Shown: positions 20,901 to 30,210, counted from the first letter of the stretch. The stretch is 64,000 nt of DNA from a virus (IMGVR_UViG_3300027852_000032:1-64000); one strand, 5' to 3'. Notes: generated by a model not told the origin, from the sequence alone. Program-made: numbers and translations.

Positions 20901-22058
20901 TTATATTGTGAGAGAGAGTACGTCAAAGGCTTCATCCCTTAAACGATAGGCGATCTCAGAAAAGTCAAACCTAAGCGCACTTGACCGTCTTAGGACAAAC
21001 TGTTCAACAGCAGAGTAAGCCGCGGCGCTATTCCTGATTCTTACGATAGCACTACGGGCATCCAAACCCATAAGCGTATTTGCAGTCCAACCGGCAGAAT
21101 CATCAACAATAAATAACTGTACATTTTCCAAGAGTCTGTTCATCAAGGAAAACTGAGGTGTCAGCGACCCGGGGACATGCTGGTTCGTATTTGTAGTCTG
21201 CAGTGCTGCTTCCATCGACAGCATACCATCGATATCCGTTACGACATGGGTGAGGTGCCTCTTGTAATAATTATTCACCAGCCACTTAACAAGAGCTTTC
21301 TTTGTGACATCCCCTGCCACTGTAATTGCCGCATCATATGAATCAGCCTGTGTTACAGCAAGAGCCGACTGACCCATATCCTCATCGCCGTTTAAACAAC
21401 TCAAGAGATAGTCATAAGTACGAGCATTCCTCTCAACAGCCAACTGACGCTCAACAACCATAGACACGAAATCCAGCGTAGTCGAACTAAGCGCCTGGTC
21501 AGAAACTTCCATACCTATGGACATTGTGGGCAGTGACCTGGCTGTGTCGGCAGTTGTGATGGATAGCATTGTCTGGGGCGGTGCAAGCTGTGAGATAACT
21601 TTGGCCCGAGTCTCGGCACCCGTAACGTCAACCACTGGCTGCTCGACACGGTTACTTGTGACATTAATATCTGAGGCAACCATCTTATCAAATGCCATGG
21701 GATCGGTCTCCCTATCCACAGCAATTTCGCTCTCAATAAGTTCGAGTATAACAGCTGGATACAGAATACGTGATGCGGGATTTGCATCGGCAACTGCTGC
21801 CGCATTCAGTTCTGCTCTCCCGGAAAGTATATCATCCAATGTTGGGGATTTCAAGCCGAATTCCTTATTCCCACCAACCAGTAAACCAGAGCTCGCACAC
21901 ATCTGCTCAAAGGTAGATGATTTGGCCTCAGACCCCGTAGGATAAGTTCGATTAATATACTGGGGCACGGATAATCCCTTATCAACCGCTGCTTTGTAAA
22001 TACTTGGTGATAATACAGCCTCAACACGCTGGCCATCAGCGTTTGTAAAAGTTGGCAT
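20901..22058 (-). CDS. Major capsid protein
   Basis: 385 aa, canonical position after protease and decoration genes. Confidence 0.8.
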   Translation of the reverse strand: MPTFTNADGQRVEAVLSPSIYKAAVDKGLSVPQYINRTYPTGSEAKSSTFEQMCASSGLLVGGNKEFGLKSPTLDDILSGRAELNAAAVADANPASRILYPAVILELIESEIAVDRETDPMAFDKMVASDINVTSNRVEQPVVDVTGAETRAKVISQLAPPQTMLSITTADTARSLPTMSIGMEVSDQALSSTTLDFVSMVVERQLAVERNARTYDYLLSCLNGDEDMGQSALAVTQADSYDAAITVAGDVTKKALVKWLVNNYYKRHLTHVVTDIDGMLSMEAALQTTNTNQHVPGSLTPQFSLMNRLLENVQLFIVDDSAGWTANTLMGLDARSAIVRIRNSAAAYSAVEQFVLRRSSALRFDFSEIAYRLRDEAFDVLSLTI

Positions 22059-22125
22059 AATACAAATCCTTTTTTCTTTGATTTAGGTTATTCAAAAACA
22101 ATAGACAGTAAACAGTAAACCGACT

Positions 22126-22602
22126 TTAACAGACGCGTTCAATCACGCAAGTGTCGCCTACTGCGCCGGCAACTCCAAGAGAAATAACTCTCCACGAAAA
22201 GAAAGTAATGTCCTGTGAGGTTGCCTTGCAAACCTTTGGTCCGGAAGTTGTTAGAGCTGTACCCGCTGCAACAGGGGTACCGACTACAACATAATCACCG
22301 AGTACAATTGTACCAGTCCCGGCCGTTGCTTGCAAACCATCGCAGATACAAGCCATACGATCATTCGTTTTCACAGATCCAATGGTGAAACCATCCTGTG
22401 TCGCGGGCTCAATAGCGACAACGCAACCCTCAATCTGGGCACCTGCAGCAGACAACGCATACTCAGATTCAGCCGTAAGACCCACCAGCTTTCCTTTGTC
22501 GTTATCAACAAGGTAATTTGTTTTTGTCCCATCCTGTGTTAAACGAGCAACGATAATATCCGAAGCAGCATTAACGTCAACCCCCATTTTAAACTTGGCC
22601 AT
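22126..22602 (-). CDS. Capsid decoration/cement protein
   Basis: 158 aa, Gly/Ala/Thr-rich, between protease and capsid as for lambda gpD. Confidence 0.6.
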   Translation of the reverse strand: MAKFKMGVDVNAASDIIVARLTQDGTKTNYLVDNDKGKLVGLTAESEYALSAAGAQIEGCVVAIEPATQDGFTIGSVKTNDRMACICDGLQATAGTGTIVLGDYVVVGTPVAAGTALTTSGPKVCKATSQDITFFSWRVISLGVAGAVGDTCVIERVC

Positions 22603-22676
22603 AACGCTTCCCCCTTATTCTTATTCCTATTATTATTATTATTATTCTTATTCTTGTTCTTGTTTACTCAGTTGTT

Positions 22677-23288
22677 TTAGCCGTTCAAAGGAACAACCAC
22701 CTGTTTACTCCGTGCCGCTTCAAATCTGGACGGCGCAGTAGGTTTTTCTTTTTCTTCCTCTTCTATAGAAGCAACACCTCCTGCTGGACACAAAGCCGCA
22801 AACAGCTCTACCTTTTCATTATAAACAGAAAGAATCACATCAGGTTCGGAATCTTCTTTCAAAGGATTCTCGGTGTTTAACGCGATACACATGTTGCCTA
22901 CGGCCTTTTCCACAATAGCCGACAGTTTTCCTATAAGCTCAGATGCCGCGGCTATTTCCCTGTCTTTCTCCTCAATCAAGGCAATATTGGGATCAGGGGT
23001 ATTTTCATCCTCCTCCTCGGCAGTAAGCTCGGCTGCTGCTTTAAGATCGGCATCCTCTTTCAAGAGCAAAGCATCTTCCTCTGTACCTTCCCCAGCTGCA
23101 GTACGCTTAGCTGCTGCTTCAAGCTCAGCTGCTGCTTTAAGATCGGCATCCTCTTTCAAGAGCAAAGCATCTTCCTCTGTACCTTCCCCGGCTGCAGTAC
23201 GCTTAGCGGCTGCTTCAAGCTCGGCTGCTGCTTTAAGATCGGCCGAGGCAAATGCAGAAGCCATCTGGTATGTTTTTGTTTTTTTCAT
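22677..23288 (-). CDS. Putative nested scaffolding protein (internal in-frame start)
   Basis: In-frame ATG (MKKTKTY) preceded by AAAGGGGGAA; lambda C/Nu3-like layout. Confidence 0.5.
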   Translation of the reverse strand: MKKTKTYQMASAFASADLKAAAELEAAAKRTAAGEGTEEDALLLKEDADLKAAAELEAAAKRTAAGEGTEEDALLLKEDADLKAAAELTAEEEDENTPDPNIALIEEKDREIAAASELIGKLSAIVEKAVGNMCIALNTENPLKEDSEPDVILSVYNEKVELFAALCPAGGVASIEEEEKEKPTAPSRFEAARSKQVVVPLNG

Positions 23289-24125
23289 CGTTTGTGCTTC
23301 CCCCTTTGTTTCCTGTGTAAGTGTTGATAAAACATTCTGAAACGTATCTACTTTGTCAAACAAGCCAACCTTTACCGCTTGCTGCCCAACAAACTCCCTA
23401 CCTTCCAACGCAGGTTCCAGTTGTTTGATAGACAGATTGAGATTACTGGAAACCTCACGAACAAAAACAGCCTCTGTCTCAAGCATTAATTTTAACGTCT
23501 CTTCCTCTGCTTTCTCTGTTAACGGCTCAACCGAATTGAATAACTGTTTAAACTCCCCGGTTCTGAGTATTTTCCGCGTAACCCCATCATTCTCATCCTG
23601 CTTAGAGTACTCAACGTGTTGTGTGACTACACCAATACTCCCTGCAATACCAGTTGCAGAGATATACCTTTTCCTCGCTGCCGATGCTAACCAATAAGCG
23701 CCGGATGCTGCCATTTCAGCAAAACAGTAAACAGGTTTTATCTTGTCTACCTCTTTTATTAAATTAGAGGTTTCAAGTGTCATCGGCACCTGACCGCCGG
23801 GACTTGTAACATCCAGTAAAATATTGGCAACTCCGTCGTTACCAGCGGCTTCTAAAAGCGCTCTCTGGATCTCCGATTGGCTGAGGTATCCCATATATTT
23901 GTTATACCAGTTATCACTACAAACAAGAATCCCTGATATATTGATAATCCCCACACCGTCGACAACTGATAGGATTGGCGAGCAGGTTTCTGCCTCTTCG
24001 TCAGAACTGGAGACCACAGCCTCAAACTCTTTGCGCGCTTCCTGGGCCTGCGGTGTGGTCAACCAATCAAGCTGCGACAGGTATAACCGGTATGAATCCT
24101 CTGTACCTACCCAAAATGTAGCCAT
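22677..24125 (-). CDS. Prohead protease (S49/SppA-like) fused to scaffold
   Basis: DVTSPGG, MAASGAYWLASAA and GSIGV motifs; acidic helical C-terminal half. Confidence 0.9.
   Translation of the reverse strand: MATFWVGTEDSYRLYLSQLDWLTTPQAQEARKEFEAVVSSSDEEAETCSPILSVVDGVGIINISGILVCSDNWYNKYMGYLSQSEIQRALLEAAGNDGVANILLDVTSPGGQVPMTLETSNLIKEVDKIKPVYCFAEMAASGAYWLASAARKRYISATGIAGSIGVVTQHVEYSKQDENDGVTRKILRTGEFKQLFNSVEPLTEKAEEETLKLMLETEAVFVREVSSNLNLSIKQLEPALEGREFVGQQAVKVGLFDKVDTFQNVLSTLTQETKGEAQTMKKTKTYQMASAFASADLKAAAELEAAAKRTAAGEGTEEDALLLKEDADLKAAAELEAAAKRTAAGEGTEEDALLLKEDADLKAAAELTAEEEDENTPDPNIALIEEKDREIAAASELIGKLSAIVEKAVGNMCIALNTENPLKEDSEPDVILSVYNEKVELFAALCPAGGVASIEEEEKEKPTAPSRFEAARSKQVVVPLNG
23027..23241 (-). 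repeat. 96-bp tandem duplication (2+ copies) in scaffold
   Basis: DLKAAAELEAAAKRTAAGEGTEEDALLLKEDA repeated, third copy partial. Confidence 0.9.
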
Positions 24126-24171
24126 AGTAACACCTTCCTTCCTTCCTTCCTTCCTTCCTCTGTTTTTTAAT

Positions 24172-25686
24172 TTAGGATTTAGAATCTTTCGGTGCGTCTC
24201 CGGATAAATCCTGGTTCAATGCCGACGTGTTGCTCTCCGGTGTTTTAACTTCCGCGCTCTGGTTGCCCAATTTAAACATCGTTCCTGACAATGGAGTCGC
24301 GCCAGGCAAAGGCAATGTACCTGTTAATTCCAACGATGCTTCCGCATCACTCATCAAGCCAAGAGATAGCAACTCCAAAATCCGCGACTGACGCATCATC
24401 TTAAAAGCTTCTAATTCGCTTTCCGGTCTTAAATCTACAGAATTGAACTTAAACTCAACGACCACATCAATACCGTACAACCTAACCGCCATGGTAAGCA
24501 AGCGGGAAAAAATCTCGTTCAACTTAAGTATAACTCCGGATTCCACAGTTTTAACAAAGAGCATTGTCTGCGTTGAGGCTATGTTAGAACTACCTACGCT
24601 TTCCAGGCCGAGGATAACGGGAGCCGATTTCGCACCAGAACTTATTTTTCCATTAATAATATTGGACAATGCCTTCCACTCTTCGCTTACCGTGGTCGTA
24701 CCCGCGGTAAGATATTCTATGGTTAAGCAGTCAAAGAATACCAAAGCATCCTCAGGGTTTAAGCCGTCTATATTATTTCTAACGGTATCAATTAATACCT
24801 CCGCCGCCTCTTTCAACTTATCCGGATCAGCTAAAACCTCCGCCGGTAATGTTTTACGCCACATATCCTCAATGATCACTACCTTCACGCGCGGATGCAC
24901 CGCACGGTTTGCAACCCTTCGAAGATCATTCATAAAGGTTTGCTGCGCTACTATCGGCTGAATCGAAGCCTGTACTGGAGAATCCGCCGTAGAAGAAAGT
25001 AAATCCTGATCCAGCGAAACATAAAAAAATGTGGAGATATCAAGCGGAATTTCCTCCGACCCCAAAACCTGATAGGGAATTTTCCTGTTCTTATCATACT
25101 TGAACTTTATTTTTTCTATAGATATCGGCTGCATGGCCTCCGGAAGCCGGGCTTTATTTAATAAAAGCTCAATAGCACACCCGCCTAACATCAACAATTC
25201 CTTGCCCAGGGACTCTCCAGCCGACCTAATACTTTGGTAAGCATTATATCCAACGGGGCTTGCAGCACCAGCACCTGTTGCCATCGGATCAACATTTAAT
25301 AAATCAAATTTACGACACATCTGCTGAACCAACACAGTCCCATCATCGCTAATAGTCCCGTCTAAGTTCCTTGCAATTGCTAAGTAAGTGGATGACAAGG
25401 CTAAACGTAAAGCCGAAAATATCGCTGCAGAAAGATCAGGACTCGCTTTAGATAACTTGCGCAAAACCCCAGGAGTAGTCGCCGCATACCTCAAATCCGT
25501 AATGTCCAGATTTGCAAGGTTTAAATCTTCTTTCGGCAAAAAAGAATCTTTCGACTGTTTTGCCGAAGTAATATACGAAGGTAAACTCACCGGCCTGTTC
25601 GGCAATTTCTTTGGTAAAGGTGGAACCTCGATATTAGATGCCGCAGACAAAGTTTTTGTGTTTTTCCGGTTGAAGAGATTAAACAC
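24172..25686 (-). CDS. Portal protein
   Basis: 504 aa between terminase and protease. Confidence 0.8.
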   Translation of the reverse strand: MFNLFNRKNTKTLSAASNIEVPPLPKKLPNRPVSLPSYITSAKQSKDSFLPKEDLNLANLDITDLRYAATTPGVLRKLSKASPDLSAAIFSALRLALSSTYLAIARNLDGTISDDGTVLVQQMCRKFDLLNVDPMATGAGAASPVGYNAYQSIRSAGESLGKELLMLGGCAIELLLNKARLPEAMQPISIEKIKFKYDKNRKIPYQVLGSEEIPLDISTFFYVSLDQDLLSSTADSPVQASIQPIVAQQTFMNDLRRVANRAVHPRVKVVIIEDMWRKTLPAEVLADPDKLKEAAEVLIDTVRNNIDGLNPEDALVFFDCLTIEYLTAGTTTVSEEWKALSNIINGKISSGAKSAPVILGLESVGSSNIASTQTMLFVKTVESGVILKLNEIFSRLLTMAVRLYGIDVVVEFKFNSVDLRPESELEAFKMMRQSRILELLSLGLMSDAEASLELTGTLPLPGATPLSGTMFKLGNQSAEVKTPESNTSALNQDLSGDAPKDSKS

Positions 25687-25706
25687 TTTACAGACACCCC
25701 CGTAAG

Positions 25707-25775
25707 GTTTTTTATTTTTTATTTTTTATTTTTTATTTTTTATTTTTTATTTTTTATTTTTTATTTTTTATTTTA
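25707..25775. repeat. (TTTTTTA)n microsatellite between terminase and portal
   Basis: About nine T5-6A units. Confidence 0.85.
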
Positions 25776-25782
25776 AATTGAG

Positions 25783-27597
25783 TTAAAAGTTTTTCAATTT
25801 AAAGGTAGAGATTAATGGGACATTTTGCATTGCTACTCTTGGTTCTATACCTGAATTCATACAGAAAGCAAGAAAAACGTACAATAAACTGAAAAAATAA
25901 TGATCTACACCCCTTGTTTTCCTCCAAACAAACTTCCCCTCCTCGGCTTCCGTTCGGAGCTGAGGAACGAAAATACGCTTCAAATCCATAAGATGCTCGG
26001 TATACGTGGAACATACCAAAGGTAAAGGGTCGAATGTAATAACGCCTTCCCTTAAAGCCGATACTAACAAATCGAAACCTCTATCCCTTGCTACTGAAAT
26101 ACTTCTAACCAAAGACATCGCTTTCGTAGGTTCGTCGGTGTTCTGCTCAGTAACATCGTACAGCGCAAGCCCCTTCTTTTTCGAGAATATACTTGCAAAC
26201 AGCGTAGGGTGCTTCTCCTGGAGCATCATAACCGAATCCGTATATGGCAAGGAATCTACAACCCCTGCGATGACTCCGAACTCTGCATACAACTCGGCCA
26301 CCCTCTTCCTTACAGAATGCAGGGGAATCATCTCCGCATGTATAACCCGCAGCGACTCTTTAGATTTAGACTTAGATTTAGAGCCGTTACTTACAGGTGC
26401 GGCGATTGTGCAAGCGCATTCCCCTCCCATATCCAAGCCCATTAGGGCAAAAGGAACTCGTGCTTTAAAGTCCTGTGACTTAAACTGGTGAGCCGATCCG
26501 CGATTAACAGAATAGGAAATATTAGGTACCAACGGCTTGTGTTTGAAAAAGGTGCTTATTTCTTCTAATGAAAGGCCTGTTTCTTTGCTGGCCAACTCCA
26601 AACCAAGCGCATCATTATAAAAATCCTGCAATCTTGAGTACCTGCCAGACCTTTCTATGAGAGAACCTGGGGTAATAATCGCAGGGATTGAGAAAGGTGA
26701 TATATGATACCCGTGAAACTCAGCCTTAGAATCGTTATTCTCGCACACAAACTCCCTTGTTGTGGGGTCCAAAATGTAAGAGGATGGGAGAGGGCGACTG
26801 CACTTCGGGTTCGGACAGATCAATGCCGCTGTTTTTAGGTCAAAATCGTTCAGAATTGCGCTGTTTAGAAAAGATATTTCTGACAAATCGTGGCTATTGG
26901 AGAAGTTGGGGAGGTAGACATGCTTATAATAATCTGGTTTGAACCACTGATTACACCTCGTACATTTCTGCAATAACACATGCTGCCTTGAATTATCGTA
27001 CTTTAAGGAAATCCCGTACCCTGGAACCGTAGGAGTTGATAAATAGAATTCGTCTTTTATACTGGAATGGATCAGACGGGAAATCAACTGATTGATCACA
27101 TCGTGACTTTCCGCTCCATCCAACTCGTCTACCACTAAAGCATCCAAATCGATTGCGAGAACATTTGTCGTGGATGTCGCCGATGCTCCCTGACTCATAA
27201 GAAACGAGTCACCAAATTGCTTTAGTTCAGAGCTATCATTCCCTTTCTCTAACCTGATCTTTACATTTGGAGAGGCGTTAATCAAAGGGTCCAGCCGCAT
27301 CTTTACGAACTTCTGTGAAAACTTTGCGCTTGGCAGGACATATGACAACTTAACTCCGGCCTGTAAAGAAACAAAGGCTAAAGCTCTACATAGATTCAAA
27401 GCGGATAGGCCTACTTGAGAACATTTTTTGACAACCTTCTTTCTACATGCGTCATCGAGGATAACCTCTTGATATTCATGGTTTAAAAAACTAAATGGTT
27501 TGCCATTCAGGATTATGTTTTCTTTTATCCAACTCGTAAAGATTAATTTTGTCTGGGCTAACCCTGCTCGGAGTCGGTCAAGATGTGATTTTATCAT
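25783..27597 (-). CDS. terL: Terminase large subunit (GpA-like ATPase plus nuclease)
   Basis: KCSQVGLS Walker A-like, LVVDELD Walker B, STPT, CxxC pairs, MGLDMG and DHY nuclease motifs. Confidence 0.9.
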   Translation of the reverse strand: MIKSHLDRLRAGLAQTKLIFTSWIKENIILNGKPFSFLNHEYQEVILDDACRKKVVKKCSQVGLSALNLCRALAFVSLQAGVKLSYVLPSAKFSQKFVKMRLDPLINASPNVKIRLEKGNDSSELKQFGDSFLMSQGASATSTTNVLAIDLDALVVDELDGAESHDVINQLISRLIHSSIKDEFYLSTPTVPGYGISLKYDNSRQHVLLQKCTRCNQWFKPDYYKHVYLPNFSNSHDLSEISFLNSAILNDFDLKTAALICPNPKCSRPLPSSYILDPTTREFVCENNDSKAEFHGYHISPFSIPAIITPGSLIERSGRYSRLQDFYNDALGLELASKETGLSLEEISTFFKHKPLVPNISYSVNRGSAHQFKSQDFKARVPFALMGLDMGGECACTIAAPVSNGSKSKSKSKESLRVIHAEMIPLHSVRKRVAELYAEFGVIAGVVDSLPYTDSVMMLQEKHPTLFASIFSKKKGLALYDVTEQNTDEPTKAMSLVRSISVARDRGFDLLVSALREGVITFDPLPLVCSTYTEHLMDLKRIFVPQLRTEAEEGKFVWRKTRGVDHYFFSLLYVFLAFCMNSGIEPRVAMQNVPLISTFKLKNF

Positions 27598-27952
27598 GAT
27601 ACCTCTCTAAGAAAGGTGTCTGAAGTTCAGGGAACTCCTTTAAGGTTTCCAGTAAAACACGTTCGATCCTTTTGATTGTTTCAGTCGTGTTCAGTACAGC
27701 TTGTATATCGACTAATTGCTTTAAGATCGCTGTTATTGTGTTGGCCACCTGCGCTTTCTGATTCAAAGGCGCAGCGCTTGTCTTAGCGTCGGATTGCATA
27801 CCTTTGGCCAGATGCAATTGCATTATGATCTCGGCTTCCAAGTTGAGCGAATCAGTTGTAATCGGTAGCGATGACTGCAGCCGATTGAGCAAAGCTATCT
27901 TCTCTGCTTCGCTGTAAGCGTCTAAATCTATGCTGTTCACGGGTAAGTTCAT
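27578..27952 (-). CDS. Probable terminase small subunit
   Basis: Helical 124-aa ORF immediately upstream of terL; start at 27952 (MNLPVNS) fits the promoter. Confidence 0.6.
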   Translation of the reverse strand: MNLPVNSIDLDAYSEAEKIALLNRLQSSLPITTDSLNLEAEIIMQLHLAKGMQSDAKTSAAPLNQKAQVANTITAILKQLVDIQAVLNTTETIKRIERVLLETLKEFPELQTPFLERYHDKITS

Positions 27953-27958
27953 GTTCCA

Positions 27959-27987
27959 AGGATAGGAGAAGCGGAAAATTTTGTCAA
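27959..27987 (-). promoter_or_regulatory. Sigma70-like leftward promoter
   Basis: TTGACA(27987-27982)-17 bp-TATCCT(27964-27959). Confidence 0.65.
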
Positions 27988-28111
27988 GGGGAAAGTTCGT
28001 GGAATGGAGATTTAAATTTAGGATGAAAAAGTTCAGCGAGATGAAAATTCCTGTCGGGGACCACGTTGGCCCTACGGCTACACATTCCATTGCAGGAAAA
28101 GGGTATACGTC

Positions 28112-28358
28112 AGGCGCACCCAACCTTTTGAGGCGCACCCAACCTTTTGAGGCGGACCCGATTTGTTGAGGCGGACCCGATTTGTTGAGGCGGACCCGAT
28201 TTGTTGAGGTCAGTCATATTTGTTGAGCTGGACCCGATCTTTTCAGGTCAGTCATATTTATTAAACTGGACCCGATCTTTTCAGGTCAGTCATATTTGTT
28301 GAGCTGGACCCGATCTTTTCAGGTGGACGCCATTTGCTGAGCTGGGTATCATTTACTA
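28112..28358 (+). repeat. Degenerate 19-bp tandem array A (13 units)
   Basis: AGGCGCACCCAACCTTTTG x2, AGGCGGACCCGATTTGTTG x3, then alternating AGGTCAGTCATATTTGTTG / AGCTGGACCCGATCTTTTC. Confidence 0.92.
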
Positions 28359-28398
28359 AGCCAGGCAAAACTAAAACGTCAAGCCGTGGGCGGGGGAA

Positions 28399-28418
28399 AT
28401 GCAGTAACGTTACTGCAT
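28399..28418. promoter_or_regulatory. Perfect palindrome ATGCAGTAACGTTACTGCAT (operator-like)
   Basis: Identical copy at 28505-28524; the pair flanks the rightward promoter. Confidence 0.7.
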
Positions 28419-28437
28419 AAAAAGATAATCTTTCTGC

Positions 28438-28467
28438 TTGACAAAGGGATAATCTTTATGGTATACT
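28438..28467 (+). promoter_or_regulatory. Strong sigma70-like early promoter
   Basis: TTGACA-18 bp-TATACT with TG extended -10; AAAGATAATCTTT dyad at 28421-28433. Confidence 0.8.
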
Positions 28468-28504
28468 GTTCTTGAGGCTGGGGAAAGTCTCGGGAAAAAA
28501 AGGA

Positions 28505-28524
28505 ATGCAGTAACGTTACTGCAT
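28505..28524. promoter_or_regulatory. Second perfect palindrome ATGCAGTAACGTTACTGCAT
   Basis: In the leader of the first early gene. Confidence 0.7.
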
Positions 28525-28583
28525 AAAAAAATATAGGTCTGGGGGATAACCCTTGGGCTAATAAAAAAACAGGAGAAAAAAAA

Positions 28584-29255
28584 ATGGAAGAAACAAAAAC
28601 AAAAGCAACAAAAGCAACAAAAGCAACAAAAGCAAAGAAAAAAGCAACACTGGTACACACCAGTTTGTACGTGGGGTACCTGGAAGCATTCAACGCAGAG
28701 AATAAGGCGCTAAAGACCACGGCAACAAGGATTGAAAAGATCGAAAAAACTGGACTGAAACTCCCAGAATTCTTCCTGGCACTTTGGGCCGAAGGATATA
28801 AGAGGCCAGCGACCTGGCCTTTGAACAGCTCTGGGCAGGCGTTAAGCCCTACAAGCAGCAAAACTCGGGCAGCACTGCCCGAAGTTAATCGGTTGGTATC
28901 CGCGCTGGCTATGCGGGAAAGTCGGCGTAAGAAAGCGGCTGAAGCTGAAAAGCTGGCAGCTGAAAAGGCTGAAGCCGAAAAAAAAGCGGCTGAAAAGCTG
29001 GCAGCTGGCGATGATGATGACGAAGGCGAAGGCGACGGCCTGGAGGGTGATGATGACGAAGGCCTGGAGGGTGATGATGAAGGCCTGGAGGGTGATGATG
29101 AAGGCGAAGGCGAAAAAAAATCGGACCCGAAAATTGAGACTTACAACAAAGAAGTATGCGTAAAGCAACTCCAAGCCTTGTTGGTAAAGGCTTATGGAGA
29201 AGAAAATATGGAGTTGCATACTGCGGCAAGCAAGTTGATAAAGCTGCTCGTATAA
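28584..29255 (+). CDS. First early protein, basic N-terminus and acidic repeat tract
   Basis: AGGAG RBS; KAT repeats, EK-rich helix, (DDEGLEG)n. Confidence 0.8.
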   Translation: MEETKTKATKATKATKAKKKATLVHTSLYVGYLEAFNAENKALKTTATRIEKIEKTGLKLPEFFLALWAEGYKRPATWPLNSSGQALSPTSSKTRAALPEVNRLVSALAMRESRRKKAAEAEKLAAEKAEAEKKAAEKLAAGDDDDEGEGDGLEGDDDEGLEGDDEGLEGDDEGEGEKKSDPKIETYNKEVCVKQLQALLVKAYGEENMELHTAASKLIKLLV

Positions 29256-29256
29256 A

Positions 29257-29343
29257 AAAACACTGCAAATCGTTCACCATAAACGATTTGCAGTGTTTTA
29301 AAGAATGCGGTAACTGTTACCGCATTCTTTAAAACACTGCAAA
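29257..29343. repeat. Two overlapping long inverted repeats
   Basis: 18-bp stem 29257-29274/29282-29299 and perfect 28-bp-arm palindrome 29287-29343. Confidence 0.9.
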
Positions 29344-29361
29344 AAAAAAGGATAGAAGAAA

Positions 29362-29574
29362 ATGGAAGCAAGAATTGAGCTGTTAAAAGAACAAGGCTGG
29401 GAAGAGTCCAGCCTTGTAAATGCCTGCGGACACCCGGATCACTGGGTGGTCAGCTTGATACACAAAAATCACCCTGGCCTGATCGCTGCTGCAAATTGCA
29501 GTGATCACCGACGGGCCTGGATCTGGACAGCAGATAGCCCGCAGGCACTTTGCCTGTCCAGCTGGGACGTTTAA
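29362..29574 (+). CDS. Small early hypothetical protein
   Basis: 70 aa, AAGGA RBS. Confidence 0.6.
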   Translation: MEARIELLKEQGWEESSLVNACGHPDHWVVSLIHKNHPGLIAAANCSDHRRAWIWTADSPQALCLSSWDV

Positions 29575-29594
29575 AAAAAAACAAGGAGAAAAAA

Positions 29595-29819
29595 ATGAAA
29601 GATCAGAGCGAGAAAATAAAGAGGACCCAGCCTATCTTTGCGGAAAAAGACGGGCAGCTTGTCGGGATGCTCGTCCACGAATTCCTGCCAGAAGAGCAGG
29701 ACTACATGTGGGTACTAAGAATTGGGGGGCATCTCAGTGCCTCTGGGTATTGGAAGGAAAGGCGTGACCTTGTAGCCGACGCCACTCTGTGGGGCTACAG
29801 GTTTTTTGTGAGGGATTAA
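29595..29819 (+). CDS. Small early hypothetical protein
   Basis: Start at 29595 after AAGGAG. Confidence 0.6.
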   Translation: MKDQSEKIKRTQPIFAEKDGQLVGMLVHEFLPEEQDYMWVLRIGGHLSASGYWKERRDLVADATLWGYRFFVRD

Positions 29820-29844
29820 TTGATCCCTCACCCAGTTAACCGTA

Positions 29845-29882
29845 AAAATTTTTTGGCGGATTAAAAACCGCCAAAAAATTTT
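29845..29882. terminator. Hairpin, probable (bidirectional) terminator
   Basis: AAAATTTTTTGGCGG / CCGCCAAAAAATTTT 15-bp stem at the end of the first early unit. Confidence 0.6.
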
Positions 29883-29892
29883 ACCCTGATGT

Positions 29893-30120
29893 TAGGCGCA
29901 GCTAACATCAATAGGTGCAGCCAACACCGATAGGCGCGCCAAGGTAAAGTGGACGCGCCAAGGTAAAGTGGACGCGCCAAGGTAAAGTGGACGCGCCAAG
30001 GTAAAGTGGACGCGCCAAGCACTTTCGGGCAAGACTCAACTTTTGAGGTAAGCCTCAATCTTTCGGGTGAACCTCAACCTTTCGGGTGAACCTCAACTTT
30101 TGAGGTTAAACATATTTCTT
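29893..30120 (+). repeat. Degenerate 19-bp tandem array B (12 units)
   Basis: TGGACGCGCCAAGGTAAAG x3-4, CGGGTGAACCTCAACCTTT-type units; same period and orientation as array A. Confidence 0.9.
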
Positions 30121-30210
30121 TCCAGAATTATGTGCGTTACCATGGATATAATAAGGGCCATGTTGTTATTTTTTCTAAAGAGCCGGATATATTCCGGTTT
30201 TTCAGAAAGG

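Noticed and set aside
27953-28138. N-terminal extension of terS given by the ORF track
   Set aside because: It runs through the promoter and repeat array; ATG 27952 is more plausible
28112-30120. 19-bp arrays as CRISPR or mini-CRISPR arrays
   Set aside because: Units are contiguous with no unique spacers, are too short, and no cas genes are present
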